Assembly: GCA_004764695.1 (NCBI GenBank)
Contig: SMSO01000035.1
Location: 3,608,040 to 3,672,039 of the forward strand
Origin: Schizochytrium sp. TIO01
Taxonomy: Eukaryota > Protista > Bigyra: Labyrinthulomycetes
Reading direction: 5' to 3'
DNA: 64,000 nucleotides
Within the stretch, counting starts at the first letter, position 1. Each line of letters starts with the position of its first letter. Position numbers and translations under genes: made by a program. Below, one piece after another: positions 1-9,500 of the stretch. The notes under the pieces were generated by a model, which saw only the letters and a program-made list of their open reading frames with translations, was not told the origin of the DNA and ran no database searches.

Positions 1-2
1 TT

Positions 3-1400
3 TCGGCTACACCGCAGGAGACGCTTGTGGGTCAGCTCGACTTCATTCGTAGTATGTTGAAGAGTGTAGCTTCGGATGCTAAGTATCGTCTCAAGGACCG
101 TGCAGCAGTGGATTCATATGTCCTTCCAGGTCTTTGCTTGACAAAGGGCCTTGACCCATTTCTGCCGCTCTACCAGCATGCTCTCATGAACGGGTCTGCA
201 GAGCAACGCGAAAGTGCTGCTTCTGGTCTGGGCGAGCTAGTTGACCTCACATCTGCAGCTGCGTTGCGTCCTTTTGTCATCAAGATCACTGGTCCGCTCA
301 TCCGTATCGTCGGCGATCGCTTCCCGTGGCAAGTCAAGGTGGCTATCCTTCAGACCTTGAGTAAGCTCTTGGATAAGGGTGGCCCGATGCTCCGCCCCTT
401 CCTGCCCCAGCTTCAAACTACCTTTGTTAAGGCACTTAACAGTGAACAATCTAAGGTGCGCGATAGTGGAACGTCTGCACTCAAGAAGCTCATCAAGATC
501 GGCACTCGTGTGGACCCTCTCGTAAATGATTTGGGCAACACCGCCGTCGCCCCGGATACTGATGCCGGGGTCCGTCTTTCCGTTCTTGAGGCTCTTGCTG
601 GCGTACTGTTAATTTCTGGCTCGAAGGCCACTCAACCGGCCTTGGGCAAGTGCGCAGGCAAATTGGAGTCTGAAGACCTTTTGTTCCACCGCAACGCTGG
701 CATCCGCCAGCAAACTGCTATTTGTTTGGCTCGTGTGCTGAAGCATGTTGAGCAGGGCGACCAAGCCTTCGAGGTCGCCATGCGCAAGCGCATCGACAAC
801 CTCCGCGCTACAACGCCAAACGCAGGTTCATGGATCGAGGCCCACACTGCAATTCTTTTGGCCAGTGCAGCAGCATCGTCGTGCCCAGACCTTCTCTTTG
901 GCACTGCGGATGTAGCCAGTTGGTACAAGAAGATTGTTGATGATTCTTCGTCGTACGGTGCGTCGCTTGATAACGTTTCCCTTCGCGAGGAGTCTTTGAA
1001 TGCTGCTGGTGCTTGGTTGAGTAATGTCAAGCCTGACCAATTCCCCAAGGTCACTGATGCCTTTGTCGAATTCTTGATGACAGGGTGCAAGGATAAGTCT
1101 ACTGAAATGCGTGTGTGCTCGCTTGAGAACCTGAAGCACGCCGCGCGCCGTAACTACGAGGTGATTTCGAAGTATGCGCCCCGTATCTCGTCAGATATTA
1201 TCGCGTATGTCAAAGACTCCAAGCCTCAAGTCCGTGCTGCCGCAGACCAAGTTCTTCTTGCTGTAACGCAAATTCGTACTGACCAGGAGATTCTGAAGGA
1301 TATTATTAAGAACATTTCTTCCTCAGCAACTGGCCGTAATCTCGGTGAGTACTGCCGCAAGACCCTTATTAACGTCGATGAGGATGCTGATGAAGAGTAA
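3..1400 (+). CDS. GCN1: GCN1 translational activator, HEAT-repeat C-terminal part (5' truncated by window edge)
   Basis: Frame is open from base 3 to TAA at 1398-1400. It contains the GCN1 C-terminal signature ALRPFVIKITGPLIRIVGDRFPWQVKVAILQTL..LRPFLPQLQTTFVKAL and RVDPLV, with HEAT-like helical repeats. Confidence 0.92.
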   Translation, partial: SATPQETLVGQLDFIRSMLKSVASDAKYRLKDRAAVDSYVLPGLCLTKGLDPFLPLYQHALMNGSAEQRESAASGLGELVDLTSAAALRPFVIKITGPLIRIVGDRFPWQVKVAILQTLSKLLDKGGPMLRPFLPQLQTTFVKALNSEQSKVRDSGTSALKKLIKIGTRVDPLVNDLGNTAVAPDTDAGVRLSVLEALAGVLLISGSKATQPALGKCAGKLESEDLLFHRNAGIRQQTAICLARVLKHVEQGDQAFEVAMRKRIDNLRATTPNAGSWIEAHTAILLASAAASSCPDLLFGTADVASWYKKIVDDSSSYGASLDNVSLREESLNAAGAWLSNVKPDQFPKVTDAFVEFLMTGCKDKSTEMRVCSLENLKHAARRNYEVISKYAPRISSDIIAYVKDSKPQVRAAADQVLLAVTQIRTDQEILKDIIKNISSSATGRNLGEYCRKTLINVDEDADEE

Positions 1401-1774
1401 AATGGGATTGTTATGTGTATTTGTTCGTTCGAAACCATCTCTCAATCAAAACTCTATTAGTTTCGTAATAGAAATAGAATAAAAAGTGAATTATCAAGAA
1501 ATCAATTCCGTATGATTACTTTAATAGCGTGTATATGCAAGCTTCTTATGTAAACTGCTTACGAGACTTTGAGGCTGGCTGATTTGGTACAGACTTACTT
1601 ACCTTACTTGACCATGCGAGCGCTGAAAGAAAGAGCCAGGAAATAATTTTTATGCATTTATAAGGCGAGAGTTTCATCATGTTTTTTTTAGTTCTGTATT
1701 GTTTTGTACGTACATAAGTGAGACGTGTGTGAGGCCAGTGCAAGAAGTGCGCGCGTGCGGGGGGAGGGGGGCGG

Positions 1775-3706
1775 TTATTTGGTCTTGACAGTTTTGGTCC
1801 AGTTGGATGGGGCAAGGAGAATGAGCTTGCTAGCCTCTTCAAAGGTCATGCGCGACTTCAAAACATCACGGGCAACATCGAGGCATTCACTTGCATTACA
1901 GCAAAGAATTCCAACGACGATATTGTTGCGCAAATAAAAGACTATACCACGTTCGTAAGAGGTTTCACGCGTGGGCTTGCCCATTTCATCTCGCTTTGCA
2001 AGCCAAGTACCCATCGTGGGAAGATTAGAGTTTATTTCGCCCACAGCCTCGAAGGAAAGCTCTACGTTGGGCAGAGCAAATCGGAAAGAAGGTTGGTGTT
2101 TGTACTTACGAAGATTACCATTGGCAGCCACCATATTCTGGCCCGCGAGCAAGCCAGTGTTGAGAGCGTTGTCATAAAGGTCATTGCGACGACGGCGGCT
2201 CAGTGAAACATCATAGTATGATGCCGCACTTCCGGCTACGAAGAGGCCATCAAAAGCTTCTAAAGATGGGTTTACTACAATGCCACCGGTCCGAGGATCA
2301 ACCTCGAGATCACTGATGCGAGCGATGTCAACATCAGGATCTACATTCGTACTAGCAAGGACCACAAGGTCTGCATCGAGGACTTCGCGCTGTGTATTTT
2401 GCAAAAACGTTACACTCACCTTTTCCTGTAGGTCAGGACTCATGAAATCTTCATCTTCATCATCGTTGTTCATGTTGGACGACGCCATGACTGGAATTTC
2501 TGATTCTTCAGATGATACCACTCCGTTGCTAGCCAATGCAGGAGGATGCTCGCTCACCTCTGCACGTGAGACACCCGTCACAAGCACATCAGGCTTGCGT
2601 TCAAGCCCTTGATCTTCAAGGCACTTAGTAAGATGGGCACAAAGATATGCAGGGAAATACTGTTGAAGAGCTGTAGACTCCACGAAGGTCTGAATGATTC
2701 GGTTTGGACGCTCTAGTGATTGGTTGACTTTGAGAAGCGCTGCGGATAAACTTGTACCAAGGTAGCCTCCGCCGACCACCAGAACAGTTTTGCCGCCCTG
2801 AGAGACCATGTTGTATAGGTCATCAAAGTCCTGCAAGTCACGTAGGGTGTTGATGCGATCACGAAGGAGGAACGAAATGCTTGATTTAAGAACATAAAGC
2901 TCACGCGGTTTGCCTGGGGGAGCAACTAGACACTTGTCGTAACCTAGTACACTACCATCTGCAAGCTGGATGGTTTTATCCTCTGCATTGATAAAAATGC
3001 CACCTGGTGCTTCGACAAGCAGAGAAATCGCATGGTGCTTGTCATCCTGTTGCTTTCCTTGCGGGCCACCACCAATAATACTGCCAGAACTTCCACGCGT
3101 CGACCACTTTCTCACATTAGCTCCAATAAGCTCAGTTCGCTCATCGGTGTCAAGCTTGCAGGCGATGTGACGACGCCAGTCGTTGTATACATCGTAGAGT
3201 TCATCAGGAAGCGGATCTTGAAAGGTATCTACATCGATGCGTGGCATTTGGTGTTCTTCCGAAATCAACAAAATTGAGGATTTAGGACGAGACTGGCGAA
3301 TTGCTTCGAGTGCCGTGTAGGCAGCTGTGCCAGATCCAATGATAACATACTCATAGTGCACCTGGCCCACGAGCTTTTTGGGCCGGCTGTTGATCCTGCG
3401 GCGTCTCAAGGTCTCCATAGACGCCTGGGGCTTTGCACTGTCCATTTGGGTGGGCTCATCTGCTGACTTCATCAGCAGAAACGAAGACCCTAAAATTGCT
3501 GTTGCTGCTGTTGCTGCAGCAGCTAGAAAGCGGCTGTTCAAGAGATTCGTCGTGTTTGACGATGAAGAAGACGACTTCGACGAAAATCTGCGCGCAGAGT
3601 GGATGCCATTTCTGTAATCATTTTTTGACGAGTGAATTTCACATGGCACTGAGAATCTGGCAGTTCCGAGCTTTCCCAAGACCCGCTTGCTCATGAGTGC
3701 ACTCAT
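1775..3706 (-). CDS. Mitochondrial apoptosis-inducing factor (AIF/AIFM1)-like flavoprotein, divergent
   Basis: First ATG is at 3706 (MSALMSKRVLG.., an R/S-rich presequence followed by a hydrophobic anchor). FAD motif VIIGSGTAA, NAD motif VLVVGGGYLG, GGIVVN, and AIF C-terminal domain (YKHQP..FEAVGEI..YERGIVFYLRNNIVVGI). The ORF track starts upstream at a non-ATG codon (3808). Confidence 0.82.
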   Translation of the reverse strand: MSALMSKRVLGKLGTARFSVPCEIHSSKNDYRNGIHSARRFSSKSSSSSSNTTNLLNSRFLAAAATAATAILGSSFLLMKSADEPTQMDSAKPQASMETLRRRRINSRPKKLVGQVHYEYVIIGSGTAAYTALEAIRQSRPKSSILLISEEHQMPRIDVDTFQDPLPDELYDVYNDWRRHIACKLDTDERTELIGANVRKWSTRGSSGSIIGGGPQGKQQDDKHHAISLLVEAPGGIFINAEDKTIQLADGSVLGYDKCLVAPPGKPRELYVLKSSISFLLRDRINTLRDLQDFDDLYNMVSQGGKTVLVVGGGYLGTSLSAALLKVNQSLERPNRIIQTFVESTALQQYFPAYLCAHLTKCLEDQGLERKPDVLVTGVSRAEVSEHPPALASNGVVSSEESEIPVMASSNMNNDDEDEDFMSPDLQEKVSVTFLQNTQREVLDADLVVLASTNVDPDVDIARISDLEVDPRTGGIVVNPSLEAFDGLFVAGSAASYYDVSLSRRRRNDLYDNALNTGLLAGQNMVAANGNLRKYKHQPSFRFALPNVELSFEAVGEINSNLPTMGTWLAKRDEMGKPTRETSYERGIVFYLRNNIVVGILCCNASECLDVARDVLKSRMTFEEASKLILLAPSNWTKTVKTK

Positions 3707-4310
3707 TTTGTCAAAGGCAGTCAAGCAGAGCTGACTCCAACCCGTGAATAGAAAATCGCGAGACAGCAAATAAACAAGCACGCAAGTGATATAGACACTG
3801 GATATCAAATATATGTAAGATCCTGAGCCAGTTCACCTTTATCTCAATCTCCTCCCTAGTCTTGTTACGCGTCTCCTCTTGCAGGTCTGGGTCCTCCCTT
3901 TCCGCTCCTTCTCCCCTCCTACGGCGCTGCAGCAGAAGCGGGGGGCTAAGCCAAGCTGATGGCCTCCAGAAAGCTAGCTACCTAGCTACCTAGCTAGCTA
4001 TCAGATCACCCCAACAATCAGTTCACGAGCTCGAGCGTGCTTTCTTTCCCAGGCCGAGGTCGCCTTCTCTCGCTCCTTGCTGAGAGCTTCCTTTCTCGCT
4101 CTTTGCTCTTCCCTCCCCCACGCCGCTGCTCTTGGTACAGGTTTCGATTTTGCTTTACGCCTCGAGATCAATCTTGATCTTCGACATTGATTTATGTATG
4201 TATGTTTCAAGAGAGAGAGTCTGGATCTGGACTGTGCTTTCTTTCTATCATGATCCTTTTCCTTTCGTTGCCTTTTATAAGATTTTATAAGAAAACAAAA
4301 ACCAAAAACC

Positions 4311-4415
4311 AAAACATTGAAATACATTGAAATACATTGAAACACATTGAAACACATTGAAACACAATGAAACACATTGAAACGCATTGAAACGCATTGA
4401 AACACATTGAAATAC
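4311..4415. repeat. 10-bp tandem minisatellite, consensus AACACATTGA, about 10 copies
   Basis: Directly visible: aatacattga/aacacattga/aacgcattga units in perfect 10-bp register. Confidence 0.95.
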
Positions 4416-6583
4416 TTTGGACTTGAACTTTGGGAATACTTAGTAAACCTGAAAATAGATGGGAAATACGAGAAAAGAAAATCCATTGAAGTTTTTGTTC
4501 TTTTCCTCTCTTCCCATTCCTGTTCTTTGAGCCTCTCGCTGTTCTTTCTGTTCTTTTGGCGCAATGCTCCGCGTCTAAATGGCCCTATCCACTCCTACTG
4601 CAGAAGGTATGCACAGAAAACTAATGATGAAGCAAGAGGACACCATCCTCGACGCGAGCTCTTCGTGCCTTCGCCTCGAAGTCTATGCGGCACGTGGCGC
4701 CATAACCGAAGTGAAACTGCAGTGAAGATATGCCTTGCTTGCTGTGACTCTAATTCTGCTCAAAGTATGTTGTTCTGCTGAAGACGGAGCAGGAATGGAG
4801 ACATCTTCTTTTCTTTTGACACTTCCTTTACTTCTTCTACTAATTGTTGCTTCGAATAAGAGGTACCCACGTATACCTAACTAGGCATCCAAAAAGTAAA
4901 TCCAAGGAGTCCAACTTTTCTGACAGTGGACACATTGAACACATTGAATAGTTTCAAAGTATGCAGGTTCGTAAACGCCAACAACCGATCGTGGTGCATA
5001 TGCCAAGCTTTGAGATGGTGGAAACATTCGACGCAGTGCTGGCTTATGCACATTTTGCAAGCGTAAAACACAGAGATGCACATGCTTTGGAACCATGGCA
5101 ACCGTGAGGATTTTCTTTCGAGGGGTCCGCATGCGGACATGCAATATTACATCAGCAGAGATGGCCAAACCCTCCGTTGGCTGAACGACATCATCAAAGT
5201 TGTTATGCTCGATACAGAAAGCAACACTCCTTTTCTTGTTTGCTCTCTTAGTTCCTTTAAATGTTTAATCAAGTCTACAGGTGTCTCCTCAAGCTCAAAC
5301 TTTCTGCGCAAATGGGGATTAGAGATACTGTCCAAGATGAACTTATCATTCAGGAGTGACCATCGAGCCCATGGTGAAAGTTACGCGCCTAGCGAACTAG
5401 ATTAGCGTTGAGAATTTCTTTTTAGAAGCGAAACTTGGGTTCTCCTATGTGGTCGGCCATTCGGCTAATGGACAATAGTCGATAAACTCTTGTCATGCAT
5501 CATCGCCAACTAACTAGCTCTTGGATAAAAAAATACTCTACGAGGGGATTGTCAAAATTCCCGTTTTGAAAGAGCAGTTCACTCGAAGACTTGAAACCAT
5601 GAGAGCAGTGGCTAGTTTACATCATTAGACATTTTTAAAGGTAGAAAGAATGAGAAAGAGCCTAACTTGTGAATGCCAGGGTAATTTCGAAACTAGAGCA
5701 GTAAACGACGCACAATCATAGCTAAGTAAGCTACGTCAGGTCAGTTTTTTTTGTAGATACACTGTAAATTTTAGACTATCAATTTGGTACTCATTCAATT
5801 TTATATCTTCAGCAAGCCATGTGGCTTCCTTGTTATCTTTTCGACACAGTTCTTGTTGGAGTGTTTTTCTCGACTTAGAATATTCTTGGTCTATTTTCTA
5901 AATGCGATAAACCAGCCCACTATCATCTATTAATTCTCTGGCCCGGGCTCATCTTTCAAAATTGGACTTCATAAAATAAATTTCCAATGCCTGCGTTACA
6001 AGAACTTAGCTCCTAAAACAAAACCAAGTAAACTCATCTCTGCTACCTATTTTGCCTCCAATAAAGCATCTGTAGAAACTCTATGTTTTTAAATCGACAC
6101 ACATCGATATCTTCCTTCAATCTTGATATAATAGATTCAATAAATGATCTGGATCTTCTAGTACTTATGCACCACAGGTGCCAATCAATTCTTTCTCTTC
6201 GCTTTTGTAAAACTAAGATTCATGTCTCGTCATAGGTGATTCGTTTGAACATAAACAAAGAGGAAGTTTCTTGTACAAGTCTCCCGAATATGCAGATAGA
6301 GCAATCTCAATCGTCTACCCTCTTCTTCCCACACTCCAAAGCAGTCCAATATCTCGAGTAAATTTGAAGTTCACGGATACGCAGTGCACACCCTCTACCG
6401 TTGGTCACTCGAGACCGTGACAACACAACCACCACTACTGGGGTGATGCCAATCTCTAACTATCAAAGCAACTCCTTTCCATTAGTAATCAAGCAAGGAA
6501 GGAGCGCGGAGAAGTGATTCCGCAGCTTCGTCGTGGCCTGAAGTAAGCCCTGCGAGTAGGAGCTCTCGAGTCTCGAGAGCGTC

Positions 6584-9500
6584 ATGGCTTCGCAGCAGGA
6601 GCCATTGGCGAAGCTTGAAGAACGCCTGGAAAAGCTTGGAACTCGCCTCAAGCAATGGGAGTCGCGCTTTGAGACAGAAAACGGACGTCAGCCAACTAAA
6701 GCTGATGTAGAGACACGAGTCCGCATCAAAGAGGGTTATGAGCGGTATGGAGTTCTGCGGAAACAGGTGAAAGAGATTCGGCGTCGCCAGCAGTTCAGTC
6801 GTGAAAAAGCTGAGGCTGAAGGGACTCTATACTCTCCAAACAAGCGAGGAGCACATATTGTAGAAAACGCTGTTGCTGCCTCGCCAGAGCTCAAACGAAA
6901 ACGAAATGGAAAACCCCGCACACGGGAAATTCCAGGCACACCAGAACAGCCATTTATCTTGAAGAGAAGGCGTTTTGCAATTGCCGCGAGCCCTCTTGTT
7001 GGACAATCTTTTCGTCGAACATCAACGTCGGGAAGTGGTCCATGCAGCACACCCGAGCGTCGCAATGTTCTTGATGATGATGCTGCAATTGAAACGCCAG
7101 AGAGACGCTACGAATCTTCTACACGAGATGAAATTGGGGCATCACCCATAGTTAGTGAAAGTGCCAAACTAGGTGTTGGTTTGCGAAGTACAGACTGTAA
7201 CGCTCTAAGACCAGGTGTTTCTCGCGTTCCAGGAGTTGGTATTTTGCCTCGACACCCTGGAGATGCTATTAGAGGAATTAGCTCAAGACCTCTGCAGCGT
7301 ACATCACAAGGAGCTCGAGTTCTTGCTGGTGCAGCGCTTGGGGTCACTCGAATGAAACGGATGCAAAAATCCACAACTGAAGTTGGTATCGCACCGGATG
7401 CTACTTCGTCACGCCGTGCAGCACTTTTGGCTTCGCCTACGGTAGCTTCGCCACTCAAAGATTCATCAAATATCCATTCCCCGGGTCCGCGGTGTGGGTC
7501 GCCGTATGCATCTCCGATTTCACATAGCAGCAGCGATGCAAGCGGAATTGTGTCTGATGTAAAGATTAAACCTGTTGATGTAAAGAAGAACCTTTTCGGT
7601 GGTACACCTGATTCGCTGAACTCAAACACTACACAGCAAGTAGCACAGATCCTTCGTGGTGGACGTCGCTCCTCGCTCCGGGATAAAGAGAATGCAGCAA
7701 CAATGGACACACTTCATAGTCGAGTAACTTCAGGTGTAGTGATTCCTGCGAGTCCCGAAGCACCGCGCCGGACACCACCTGGTTTAGCTTCTGTAACAAC
7801 TTCCGAAACAGAGAATCCATCAGTTGGTGATCCAATTCAAAATGAGAAAGACCTGGATGCTACTGCTCCGGTCGCACCAGCAGTTCCACCTCGGCGTCGT
7901 GAGCTTAATAATAATTTCGTGAAACTTGATCTCCGCAAAAATAATTGGCGCGACAAGAAGAAAGGCGGAAGTGGTCGTATTAAGGCCCAAAAAGAAATGT
8001 TCGATATGGCACGCGGTTCTTTTGCTGCTCCTTCGGAAGCTACAGAGCATGGTGCACCATCTAGTATATCATCGCAGTATCGTAAAACTGCACAGCGCCG
8101 TGACGCTCTCGATGAGATTGTTGATCATCTTGTTCAGGATAAATCTACATCAGCAGACAATGATCAAGCATCTGTCTCTACTAAAAGCACGTCGGCATCT
8201 GGTCTCTTGACGTCTGCTTTGTTTGGGCCCTCCCCAGCAACCTTGAATGCCCCGCTTTGCACAGGCCACCAACTTCCAGCAGTATTAATGACAACAAAAA
8301 AGGCTGGTAAAAACCGTGGTCGACAATTCTATGCTTGTAGCGTTGGGCGAGATGGTGGTGCACAGTCTTGGCGTTCACGTGGTGGTCCAGGTGGGTTTGG
8401 TGGACATAATAATGGTGGATGTAAATTTTTCATGTGGGCTGACGATCAGCCGGATAAGGTGGCAGAAGAGTTAGCCAAGCCAACCTCAGAAGCTTTGTTT
8501 GAAGAGGAGTGTCTGTCTGCAGCTCGTGCGCGATACATGGAGATGTCAGTGGTTCAGCTCAAGGAAGCTCTCAAGCATCGTGGGGAGTCCGTGGCAGGTA
8601 AAAAAGAGCAACTAGTCGACCGTTTAATTGTACAGGCAGCCTCTGAATTTGATCGCAAGGATGCGCACGCTCATATTTTTCAAGAAATGGACCCTGTGAA
8701 AGGTCCGGCTCGAGAAGACCTTGTCAAAGTTCTACAAGAGGTTTTTGGTTTTGATAGTTTCCGTGGAGATCAGTTGTGGGCAATTAAACGAATTATGCAA
8801 GGTGAGTCTACCTTGTTGGTGCAGGGAACAGGCTCTGGTAAATCACTTTGCTATCAGCTTCCAGCATTACTCCTTCCAGGTTTAACACTTGTCATTAGTC
8901 CGCTGGTAGCATTGATGGAGGACCAGATGCGTAGTTTACCTCTTTCAATTCCTGGTGCAATGCTTTCACATCAACAAACCGGTCGCGAGATGGCGCGAAC
9001 AATCAAACTTGTCCAGGAACGACGAATCAAGGTGCTCTTTCTTTCACCTGAACGATTGTTTTCCTCAAGTTTCCAGCGCATGCTCCGTACTCCAAATCTT
9101 TTACCTGAGATTTCCCTCGTTTGTGTTGATGAAGCACACTGCATTTCCTCATGGTCACACAACTTCCGGCCTGCGTTTCTCAGATTACGTGAACTCTTAG
9201 CTAGTGGAACAAACAAGCAAAGCACACCAGTAGCTGCTCAGGAGCATAATGACCTTGCCTTACTTCAACCTCGCTGTGTCCTTGGTTTGACAGCAACTGC
9301 AACCGCAAAGGTCGCAAATGACATTTGCACTGTTTTAGGCGTGGATCCAAAGCAGGGTCTCAAGTGTGGCACATGGTTACGCAAAAACTTAAATTTGAGC
9401 GCAGAATTAATTCAGGGAGAGGGAGAATCACGCTTCAAGCGTCTTTTGGCCTTACTGGAAGATGAAAATTCTGACTTGCCACATAAACTCGGCAAACCAG

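Noticed and set aside
4001-4564. 187-aa minus-strand ORF
   Set aside because: It spans the 10-bp repeat and pyrimidine/purine tracts, starts at a non-ATG codon and has low-complexity composition. Most likely spurious.
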